DNA of 64,000 nt. Origin: a virus. Taxonomy: Duplodnaviria; Caudoviricetes. Shown piece by piece: positions 48,133 to 56,182 of the stretch (positions within the stretch are counted from its first letter, which is position 1; the number at the start of each line of letters is the position of its first letter). Position numbers and translations under genes: made by a program. The notes beneath the pieces were generated by a model. It made no database searches. It worked only from the letters and a program-made list of their open reading frames with translations, and had not been told where the DNA came from. Location of the stretch: IMG/VR virus record IMGVR_UViG_3300037067_013676, positions 24,535 to 88,534 of that record. One strand, 5' to 3'.

Positions 48133-48271
48133 TAAAAATGTCACTAAGTTTATGCGTCGGTTGACTCTCAAATACCGTGAAACAGTTTAAACATTCGCAA
48201 GTAACTTTATCAACTTCTGTTTTTATACATTTAACGTTCTTGCTTTTACATTTGGGGCATGGTAAATACAT
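48125..48271 (-). CDS. 48-aa zinc-ribbon miniprotein (not in ORF track)
   Basis: MYLPCPKCKSKNVKCIKTEVDKVTCECLNCFTVFESQPTHKLSDIFNE*; CPKC...CLNC. Confidence 0.72.
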   Translation of the reverse strand: MYLPCPKCKSKNVKCIKTEVDKVTCECLNCFTVFESQPTHKLSDIFNE

Positions 48272-48274
48272 AAA

Positions 48275-48571
48275 TTATTTTTTCTTTTTATTTATTTTAG
48301 AATACTGTTTAACTTTCAAATATAATAAATAAAATCCAGATAAAACACCTATTCCTTGAATTAATCTTAATAAACTAACAAAAACTAAGGAAAGCCCGTA
48401 AAAATCTACTGTTGTATTAAATAGAGATAAAAGCATTCTAGAAAAAAGAGCAATAGTAAATAATATAACCACCCATCCATCATTTAAAATTTTAGATGTT
48501 TTTCTTAAATACCAAAAAGCTCCCATAAAACATAAAACATTAAATATTGCAGTAATAAAATTTATATCCAT
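48275..48571 (-). CDS. three-TM membrane protein (holin-like)
   Basis: Three hydrophobic segments and a basic C-terminus (KINKKKK). Confidence 0.65.
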   Translation of the reverse strand: MDINFITAIFNVLCFMGAFWYLRKTSKILNDGWVVILFTIALFSRMLLSLFNTTVDFYGLSLVFVSLLRLIQGIGVLSGFYLLYLKVKQYSKINKKKK

Positions 48572-48574
48572 TAA

Positions 48575-48886
48575 TTATTTTCCTATTTTTTCTGAAATTT
48601 TTTCCGATTCTTTTTGAATCGTTATCTGATTTTTAAGTATTTCTTTGTGTTCTTCTCTTTGATATTTATGAGCTTCATTATTTTGTTCGCACATATTTCT
48701 TAATTCCATCGACTGTTCTTGTATTCTAGATGAAAAAGACTGTATTAAAGTTTGCCACGCTTGTCTTTCTTCTTTTGAATCTGTCATAACTCTATCATGT
48801 AATTTAGTCATCCATTTTAATAAGAAAAATAAAGCCCCAAATATTACTCCAGCAATACCCAATTGAGTTATGAGTGGAAAATCCAT
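48575..48886 (-). CDS. BhlA/UviB-like holin candidate
   Basis: N-terminal TM (QLGIAGVIFGALFFLLKW) followed by a coiled coil. Confidence 0.6.
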   Translation of the reverse strand: MDFPLITQLGIAGVIFGALFFLLKWMTKLHDRVMTDSKEERQAWQTLIQSFSSRIQEQSMELRNMCEQNNEAHKYQREEHKEILKNQITIQKESEKISEKIGK

Positions 48887-48920
48887 AAAAATCCCTTCTA
48901 GTTTAATTTTTTAATAAATT

Positions 48921-49199
48921 CTAGTCTATGTCTACTAAAGTAAAGGTTGTTTGTTCTGTAGCTGTATAACTTCCATACACAGCTTTAATAGTAACTTTGT
49001 ATAATCCATCTGTATCACTTGAAACACTTTGATATACATATTCATAAATATTTGCCGCCACTTGAGTCATAGCAACATAATCAACTTTAACAATATCAGA
49101 TGGATCTTCAATTTCTATAGTAACGTTATCTGGATTATCTCTATCTAATCTAGTTTGAATTTTAACTGCGGTTGTAATGTAAAAAGTTTTAATAGCCAC
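48921..49199 (-). CDS. small Ig-like putative virion protein
   Basis: TIEIEDPS...YEYVYQ...GLYKVTIKA; GTG start. Confidence 0.5.
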   Translation of the reverse strand: MAIKTFYITTAVKIQTRLDRDNPDNVTIEIEDPSDIVKVDYVAMTQVAANIYEYVYQSVSSDTDGLYKVTIKAVYGSYTATEQTTFTLVDID

Positions 49200-49201
49200 T
49201 A

Positions 49202-52144
49202 TTATCTCACTTTAATTTTCTGTTTTGAATAATCTTTTAATATAATTTTCTGTTTTGAATAATCTTTTAATATAATTTTCTGTTTTGAATAATCTTTTAA
49301 TATAATAGCAATTATTTTACCAAAACCATAGGTAGTTATTTTATTAATATTTAATACAGAACTAATTAAAGATAATAATTCTGCTGTAACTGTTGCATCT
49401 AATTTTGCCGATACAATTGCATCTAAAGAATTAACAGTTAAATTCAACAAATCCATTAATATCTTTATTTCCCCCGTTATACTAACATCCAAAACAGAAC
49501 TGTTTAATTCTGAAGGAGAAATAGAAATAATCACACCATTACCAGTAGATACAGTATTATTTAGAGTTTCTAGATCTAGTTTTTCAGTAGAAGGTAAAAC
49601 TAAAGCATCACCAAAAGTATTAATTTCATATAAAGAAGCAGTTAACTCCGATGTTATTAATACTACAGTAGTATTAACTATTGCAGAGGGAATCGGAGAT
49701 AAAATCGAAAGTAAGGTTTCTAAACTTGTTAAAGAAACATTAACATTTGTAATTGAAGAAGCTATAGCATCTAATGGGGTTAAGGAAGCATTTAATAAAT
49801 TTATTGGTATTGAAATGTTAACTGAAGTTATAACTGACCCACTTAAAATATTACTTACTAAATCAAGTAAAGTAGTGGAAACTGAAATAGAGGAAGTGGT
49901 TGTTAAACTTGGGGATAAATCATTTAATATTAAATTTAAAACATTTACAATAGCAGTAGTACTGGTATCAGAAGATGCTATTGCTGATAAAGTTTCAGAT
50001 AATAAAGCAACTGTTTCTAAAGATAAAGAAACATTAGCCGAGGCTAAAACTGAATTACTTAAAATGCTATTAAGTAAATTTATTAAATCTACTGAAACAG
50101 TACTACCAGTAGACAGAGTAGAAGATAAGTTATTTAATAATATTTCTACAACTTCAGGAATAAAAGTTACATTGGTAGCAGATGATGTTGTTGCTTCTAA
50201 AATTTGAGATAATAAATCAATAACTTCTAAAGAAATTAATATATTTTTATCCGATGTAGTAGTATTAGACAATATATTACTTAAAATATCTAACAAATTT
50301 TGTGGTATAGAAACATTAGTTGCTGCCGTTGCCTGCCAATTCGTAGCATTATCCGCACTTCCGTTAGCCCCGTAGTAAAAAGTGTTTTCTTGTGTGGCGG
50401 TGATGTCTATTACATTAAGATAATCACATTCATTCGTTCCACCGTTAGCGTCAGAGATTGTAGCGATAGAGTCGGCGGTTGTTGATTGCAGGGTTATTTC
50501 GTTTCCTGCTGTGCCTGTGGCTACTAAAGAGTTGACGGTTGTGGTTGTGCCGGAGGTGAATTTTACTGTCTTGGGGGCGTTGATGGTGAAGGTGTCAAAC
50601 GCATTAGAACCCCCAAAGGTTACTATTTGTGTTCCACCCCCACTAATTGTTATGTTTTTATTAAAATCTAAGCCTCCACCGCTTATTGAATAATTATTAT
50701 TATCTGTTGCCGTAAAATTCATATTTCCCGAAGTGGAAGAAAAAGTTAAATTGGTAGCATTTATTACTAAAGTATTGCCACCGCCATTGTTCCAGAAAGA
50801 CCAATCTCCAGTTCCCATATCTAATGTTCTTATTGAAGTCAAGTTATTCGTATACGACCGCACGCTTACATTGTATGAATTAGAGTCAAAATTTCCTGCA
50901 TTACAAGTAAAGTTAAATGATGCAAAATTTCCTGTGCAATTTATAGTTCCACCTATCATATCTTGGGTTGTCGTATAAGGTGATTTTCCGTTCAAATTAA
51001 AGTTAAAAGTGCCTCTACCTTGATATGAAGTGCCAACATAATTATGAGTAAATGTATTAACGCTACTAAAATCTAATCCCTGAAAAGCAGACCAACTTAC
51101 AGATGTGCTTAAATTAAATGAACTTGCTCCAGTAGTATCTATTCCACCCACTCTTGGTATATCTATTGCTATCGTCGTCGCTGCGTCTATACTATCCCCA
51201 TTGATATAGCAAGTATCTTGTGGAAGAGGGCAACGGGTCGAAGCCATCTGCGTTCCACCGCCGTTAGTCGCTGTATACCAGTAAGTATAATCAGAGAAGT
51301 TTTGAGTGCCGGAGCCGTTCCAATACCAGTCATCGGCGGTGGTGAAGGTTATGCCTGTATTCCCTCCGCAGTCGCCTGAACCGCCTGTGATGGCGGATAA
51401 ATCCCAAGAAGCCGACCCTGCTCCTGTAATATCCCTAAAGTCCACATTGGAAGCGGTTACTGTGCCGTTACAGGTGATTGTGCGAGCTGTGCCGAGGGAA
51501 GAAGAATAAACTAAAAGGCGGTTAACGCCTGAATTGCCATTGATAGTTAAATTATTAGAAACAGTAATATTTGAATCGCCGAAGTAAAAGGTATGTGTTT
51601 TTACTGCACTGCCAGTTATGGTTACATCATAAAGGGTTAATGCACTTGCTGAACTTATACTTGCTCCTGAACCAGTAAAGGTAATTCCGTTTGTTCCGGC
51701 GGCTATTGTGCTACCTGCGTGCTGTTGACTAATCGAGCCCGAAATCGTAAGGTCGTCCCCCAAAGTAAATGTTTTACCAGTTACATTAAAATATAAAACT
51801 AACTGTGTCGGAACAACAATCCCATTAGAAGTAAAGGTGCAGTTATCTCTTATCCTTATGCCAGTTGTTCCGCCTCCAGTAGCAAAGGTCATTCCGGAGC
51901 CAAGAGTAACATTTCCTTTTACATTTAAATATTTCCCATAATTGATAGTAAATGTTCCTGTATAATTAGTAAAATCCAAGCTTCCAAGTTCTGCGGAGTC
52001 AGCGTTTAGCTCACAATTACCAGTTGAAGCGGGAAATATTACAACATCATTGACAGCAGGCACAGTTCCAGTATCCCAATTATCTGCGTCGTTCCAATAG
52101 GTTGGATTGGTTAGGTCATCGCCTTGCCAAGTAATTGTTGCCAT
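49202..52144 (-). CDS. 980-aa adhesin-like virion protein (beta-helix-like N-terminus, Ser/Thr/Leu-rich repeat C-terminus)
   Basis: TWQG...WNDADNWDTGTVPAVNDVVIF passenger-type start, repeated at WYWNGSG...PLPQDTCYI; low-complexity S/T/L/I C-terminal third. Confidence 0.65.
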   Translation of the reverse strand: MATITWQGDDLTNPTYWNDADNWDTGTVPAVNDVVIFPASTGNCELNADSAELGSLDFTNYTGTFTINYGKYLNVKGNVTLGSGMTFATGGGTTGIRIRDNCTFTSNGIVVPTQLVLYFNVTGKTFTLGDDLTISGSISQQHAGSTIAAGTNGITFTGSGASISSASALTLYDVTITGSAVKTHTFYFGDSNITVSNNLTINGNSGVNRLLVYSSSLGTARTITCNGTVTASNVDFRDITGAGSASWDLSAITGGSGDCGGNTGITFTTADDWYWNGSGTQNFSDYTYWYTATNGGGTQMASTRCPLPQDTCYINGDSIDAATTIAIDIPRVGGIDTTGASSFNLSTSVSWSAFQGLDFSSVNTFTHNYVGTSYQGRGTFNFNLNGKSPYTTTQDMIGGTINCTGNFASFNFTCNAGNFDSNSYNVSVRSYTNNLTSIRTLDMGTGDWSFWNNGGGNTLVINATNLTFSSTSGNMNFTATDNNNYSISGGGLDFNKNITISGGGTQIVTFGGSNAFDTFTINAPKTVKFTSGTTTTVNSLVATGTAGNEITLQSTTADSIATISDANGGTNECDYLNVIDITATQENTFYYGANGSADNATNWQATAATNVSIPQNLLDILSNILSNTTTSDKNILISLEVIDLLSQILEATTSSATNVTFIPEVVEILLNNLSSTLSTGSTVSVDLINLLNSILSNSVLASANVSLSLETVALLSETLSAIASSDTSTTAIVNVLNLILNDLSPSLTTTSSISVSTTLLDLVSNILSGSVITSVNISIPINLLNASLTPLDAIASSITNVNVSLTSLETLLSILSPIPSAIVNTTVVLITSELTASLYEINTFGDALVLPSTEKLDLETLNNTVSTGNGVIISISPSELNSSVLDVSITGEIKILMDLLNLTVNSLDAIVSAKLDATVTAELLSLISSVLNINKITTYGFGKIIAIILKDYSKQKIILKDYSKQKIILKDYSKQKIKVR
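49213..49306. repeat. perfect 30-bp tandem repeat x3 (encodes IILKDYSKQK)
   Basis: TAATTTTCTGTTTTGAATAATCTTTTAATA at 49213, 49243 and 49273. Confidence 0.95.
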
Positions 52145-52644
52145 TATTTAATTACCTCTTTAACAGTCTTTAATGTAATCTCTGCTTTTTGTGTTTGAAG
52201 TTGCTCTAATTCCTGCTGTTTATCGGCAATCATTCTATCGTAGTCCTCAACTTTTGGCGGTGTATAAATTGGCGGATTTTTAAAGGCATAGTGTTGTTTG
52301 TCTGCATAATTTTGCTTATCTTGCATAACTTTTTGTGAAGTACCAATTTTCTTGAATATACCAATTATTACATCTTTAGCCGTATTTATGTCTTTAAGTG
52401 CATCCACATCTTCTTGTGTAATAATTAACTCGTCCCTTAATTCTTCCAGTGTGTAGCTATTATTTCCGTTATACTCTCTCATCGCCCCGCAAGACTGATT
52501 AAAAGACTTTCCACAGGAGCAGGTGTGGACATAAGAATCCCCACCTTCCATATTCCTGTCCTCAAATTCCTCTTTCTTGCAAAAGGGGCAAATCCATAAG
52601 ACTTTCTTAAATTGTATTTGAATTTTTATTCGTTCATATGCCAT
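52144..52644 (-). CDS. hypothetical protein with Zn-binding motif and coiled coil
   Basis: CPFC...HTCSCG; C-terminal coiled coil. Confidence 0.6.
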   Translation of the reverse strand: MAYERIKIQIQFKKVLWICPFCKKEEFEDRNMEGGDSYVHTCSCGKSFNQSCGAMREYNGNNSYTLEELRDELIITQEDVDALKDINTAKDVIIGIFKKIGTSQKVMQDKQNYADKQHYAFKNPPIYTPPKVEDYDRMIADKQQELEQLQTQKAEITLKTVKEVIK

Positions 52645-52663
52645 AGTTAGTTTTTAGAATTAA

Positions 52664-53095
52664 TTAACTTAATGTAATAATACCACTTGCATTCCATTGT
52701 ACAGTAAAGTTACCATTAGAACTAGAATAATCAGAACCAAAATCAAAACATGCTATTAAATTAGTTCCTTGTGTAACATCATATAAAACAGCATATTTAG
52801 CAGTAATAGTTGAACTCGACCAAGTTACATCATCTGCATCAAAAACTGCTTTATTATTAACATTGTCCTGAGTTACTACTAGATTACTAATTATTGCTCC
52901 TCCGGTAGTATATCCTGCTCCAGAAGCTTCATTTGCTGAAATCTCTCCCCACTCGTTGTGATCAGTATCAAAACTATGTGCATTTGTTAATAAAGCACAT
53001 TTAATAGTATCAACACCATCCCCAGATACTTCATCTAAATCAGCTTTCGCTACCATTAGGTTATACTTAAAACGATTATATATTCCCGAACTCAT
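52664..53095 (-). CDS. conserved phage structural protein
   Basis: DTIKCALLT...GAGYTTGG..L...FDADDVTW...TITAKYAVLY...LIACFDFG...NGNFTVQW. Confidence 0.7.
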   Translation of the reverse strand: MSSGIYNRFKYNLMVAKADLDEVSGDGVDTIKCALLTNAHSFDTDHNEWGEISANEASGAGYTTGGAIISNLVVTQDNVNNKAVFDADDVTWSSSTITAKYAVLYDVTQGTNLIACFDFGSDYSSSNGNFTVQWNASGIITLS

Positions 53096-53211
53096 GATTT
53101 TCTCCTTTAATACTTCTTTTCAAACATTCTACTGATTTTTTAATAATAACGAATTATCTCTAAAATATCCTATAGTTTTAAATTTACATCTGATAACTTT
53201 TTTCAACCATA

Positions 53212-53373
53212 TTAAGAATTCTCTTTGTTAAATTTATTTATTAAAGAAAGTGATGGAGCATGAACAACTACATCTTTACTACCATCTTCTCTTATTATTT
53301 CTTCCACTGTTGGATAAATAACTAAAGTTTTTTTCCCATTTATCATTTTATATTCTGCTTTAAATTTAGACAT
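53212..53373 (-). CDS. 53-aa hypothetical protein (not in ORF track)
   Basis: SD AGGAG; MSKFKAEYKMINGKKTLVIYPTVEEIIREDGSKDVVVHAPSLSLINKFNKENS*. Confidence 0.65.
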   Translation of the reverse strand: MSKFKAEYKMINGKKTLVIYPTVEEIIREDGSKDVVVHAPSLSLINKFNKENS

Positions 53374-53937
53374 TTATTCTCCTATCACTTCACCCAATCC
53401 TCTATTGTCTACTTTAAAGGACGATATTAGTTTTTTAATTTTTATATCCACTGGATCATTTTTGGGAAAATTTATTGTTATATCAGGCAGTCTCAAAGTA
53501 TCCATTGGTTTTTCTATTAATACAGCTGTAACCGCCGCTACTAAATTTTCTTCTCTATCTTCTAAATCAGGATAAATTGCATCATCGGCACTATCATATT
53601 CAAACTCCCCATAATTATTTATGGTTAAATAAATTAAAGTTGATTGTATATATTGTAATAATTCTGAATCTGAATAATTAGGATAATAAGTATAGTCTAC
53701 TTGTATAATATCTCCTGAAGTTAAAGAGGAAGTTATAGTTACTTTATTAGTAGTAGAACTATAAGAATATACTACTCCGATTGTGGAATCATTATTATAT
53801 ACAGTTGTAATAGAAATAACATTAGATTCACTTAAAGTAAAAACAGAACTAGAACCATAAGTAAATATATCTGAAGTTGAGGAAGAAAAATCTCCTAACA
53901 TTTGTCTTATTCTAGTTTTTATAGTAGTTACTGACAT
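53374..53937 (-). CDS. head-tail adaptor-like protein
   Basis: IKTRIRQMLGD...YSDSELLQYI; position after the capsid gene. Confidence 0.6.
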   Translation of the reverse strand: MSVTTIKTRIRQMLGDFSSSTSDIFTYGSSSVFTLSESNVISITTVYNNDSTIGVVYSYSSTTNKVTITSSLTSGDIIQVDYTYYPNYSDSELLQYIQSTLIYLTINNYGEFEYDSADDAIYPDLEDREENLVAAVTAVLIEKPMDTLRLPDITINFPKNDPVDIKIKKLISSFKVDNRGLGEVIGE

Positions 53938-54404
53938 TAAATTTCCTTATTTTTTCTTATTGTTATTTTTTTGTATTTAGAATACATCATAAGTATTTCC
54001 GAGTTATTAAATTTTTCTGATTCTAAATATTCAAATTTTTTGTTTCTTAAAATATATAAAAAGTTTGAACTCTTCCTAACTTTAATAAACAAATCTTTTT
54101 TAGTATTCCAAATATTAACCACTAATAATTTTTCAAATATATTACTATTAATAGCATTTATTTTTAAATATTCTTTAATAGTATTATTATCATTAAACTT
54201 CCAAATTCCACTTACACCTAAAACATCTCCTTTATCTTCAATAATTCTAACATCTTTGCTTTGCTTTAAAAACAGTTTCAAAGTCTTTTCATCATTAATA
54301 AGTTTCCTGCGACCATCTTTTATAACATAAAAATCGGAATCAATGTTATTTTTTATAAAATAAGCAAGACCAAACTTATGTTTATTCCTATAATCTTCTA
54401 CCAT
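53937..54404 (-). CDS. hypothetical protein
   Basis: 155-aa ORF overlapping both neighbours. Confidence 0.6.
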   Translation of the reverse strand: MVEDYRNKHKFGLAYFIKNNIDSDFYVIKDGRRKLINDEKTLKLFLKQSKDVRIIEDKGDVLGVSGIWKFNDNNTIKEYLKINAINSNIFEKLLVVNIWNTKKDLFIKVRKSSNFLYILRNKKFEYLESEKFNNSEILMMYSKYKKITIRKNKEI

Positions 54405-55083
54405 TTAATACTTTCAGTTTAAGGTTAGTAAAATAATCAATCCAATAATTACGATTATAATTAGTTCTTCTATGACAATGTAAACACAAAGTTATTAAAT
54501 TCTCTTCTATGCACTTCTTCTTATCATAGTCTATGTGGTGAACTTCTAAATCTTTACCGTAAACTATTAGATTTTCTTCTTCTGTCATGCCACAAAGTTG
54601 GCAGGTATAATTATCTCTTTGTCGAATGAATTCTTTTAATTTCTCAGTCCATTCTTCCGAATAAGCTCGTTTTCCTTCGTAGGGAATACCACTTCCACCA
54701 CGTTGTAAACTAAACAGTTTTTTAGTTTCTTCTTCATGATGTTTATTATGAAACCCGTTTTTAGAACCAGAACAATCAAAGTGAGTTTTTGAAAAAGTTT
54801 CTGCACCCTTTAATACTCTTTTGTCTGTTTCTTTTGTGAGACCTAAATTCCAAGGAATTTTACCTTTATTGGCTTTACTGATTTTATTCTTATGATTATC
54901 AGAACAAGGAATATTCTTATTCCAAGGAACATGTTTTTTTATGGAAATATTTAAATCTTTTAATCGTTTCCAAATTGTAACTGATCCACATTTTAAAATC
55001 TTAGCTATTTCATGTATTGATTTATTTTGTATAATATATAAATTATAAAGAACTTCTTTAGAAATATTTTTTCTACTTTTCAT
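54388..55083 (-). CDS. NUMOD3 + HNH homing endonuclease (family A)
   Basis: PWNKN, PWNLGLT; RDNYTCQLCG...LEVHHIDYDKK...NLITLCLHCH. Confidence 0.87.
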   Translation of the reverse strand: MKSRKNISKEVLYNLYIIQNKSIHEIAKILKCGSVTIWKRLKDLNISIKKHVPWNKNIPCSDNHKNKISKANKGKIPWNLGLTKETDKRVLKGAETFSKTHFDCSGSKNGFHNKHHEEETKKLFSLQRGGSGIPYEGKRAYSEEWTEKLKEFIRQRDNYTCQLCGMTEEENLIVYGKDLEVHHIDYDKKKCIEENLITLCLHCHRRTNYNRNYWIDYFTNLKLKVLNGRRL

Positions 55084-55085
55084 TT

Positions 55086-55171
55086 TATTCTCCTATACAG
55101 AATACATTTGGGGAACTATTTGTTAGTATAGGTAACAAAAGAAGATTACTCTCTTTTCATTCCCTCAAATG
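55086..55171 (-). ncRNA. candidate structured cis-regulatory RNA (three-way junction plus kissing loop over SD)
   Basis: Complementary segments read by eye: P1 55105-115/55160-171, GUAA-capped P2, P3 55119-125/55133-139 (loop CCUAUAC), SD hairpin 55086-91/55099-104 (loop GUAUAGG). Confidence 0.5.
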
Positions 55172-55211
55172 ATATTTATATCAACTCAAAAAAGTTATAA
55201 CTTGTTTAGTG

Positions 55212-56150
55212 TTAAGCCCTTATGAATCGACTCACGGCGTAAGGATTTACACAAGCAGCAACTATATTTTCGTACCCAGTAAGACCAACAGCCAAATATC
55301 TAGTACCAGAAGAACCAGCAGTAGTAATCGGATTTGGAGAAGCAAAAACTAATCTTTGAGGTTTAGTACCATCTTGTTTCAAAGCAGCGCCTAACAAATC
55401 AATATCATTTAATTTCTTACGAACAAATAACATAGGTTTGCCAACAGTAGTAGAAGTACCAACTAAATAAGCAGTATTGGAAGTAAGTGGTCTCGCAGCT
55501 GTAGCACCATCAATACTTAAATCCCCATGACCCATACGAATCTTGGTAACACCCAAATCTTTAAATGCATCTAAAATTGATTGATACTTATTATCATTCC
55601 AATTCCACAATAACATATCTCTATCAATAGTAGAACCAACAAATAAAGTGTAATTGTCAGCATAATCCACTATATCCTGAAGCATATAAATTAAATTTTG
55701 ATAATTAAACGTCATAGTAGCAGAAGTTAAAGTGTGTTGAAAACCACTAGTACCTGAAGCGGTAGACATTAAACTAAACATATAAGAATTTTCATACATA
55801 TCAAGAGCATTATTGATTGTTCTTAACTTACGAGCTAAAGTTGCTTCTTTTGCATTAGCTAAAGCGGGTAGACTAACAGTAAACTCTTTAGTACCTATAT
55901 CAACAAAAGTAAAAAGAGTAGGAGTATCAGGAGTTACAGCCTCAGTAGTAATTGCACCAGTAGAAGCTAATAAGTAAACTTCATTGGTTGGAGCTAATAC
56001 ATCAAAATAATAAACATATTCATTTGGTTCAGCAGTATCCGTTTCAGCAATTATTGAAACAATATGTGTAAACGGTTTCAAGGGATCTAGGGGTTCACCT
56101 ATAATCCTTGAAATTTCTAGAGCACTATATTTAGAAACTAAATTTTCCAT
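55212..56150 (-). CDS. major capsid protein (probable HK97 fold)
   Basis: 312 aa directly after protease/scaffold; SD GGAGG, ATG 56150; followed by an intergenic gap. Call is positional. Confidence 0.75.
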   Translation of the reverse strand: MENLVSKYSALEISRIIGEPLDPLKPFTHIVSIIAETDTAEPNEYVYYFDVLAPTNEVYLLASTGAITTEAVTPDTPTLFTFVDIGTKEFTVSLPALANAKEATLARKLRTINNALDMYENSYMFSLMSTASGTSGFQHTLTSATMTFNYQNLIYMLQDIVDYADNYTLFVGSTIDRDMLLWNWNDNKYQSILDAFKDLGVTKIRMGHGDLSIDGATAARPLTSNTAYLVGTSTTVGKPMLFVRKKLNDIDLLGAALKQDGTKPQRLVFASPNPITTAGSSGTRYLAVGLTGYENIVAACVNPYAVSRFIRA

Positions 56151-56182
56151 TATATTTTTCAATCCTCCCAGATTGTATTATT

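Noticed and set aside
53937-54404. GNAT acetyltransferase call
   Set aside because: Only a vague beta/alpha pattern; no clear acetyl-CoA motif.
55084-55171. Cobalamin riboswitch or hammerhead ribozyme identity for the structured element
   Set aside because: No B12-box or T-loop core and no CUGANGA/GAAA core; kept as an unassigned element.
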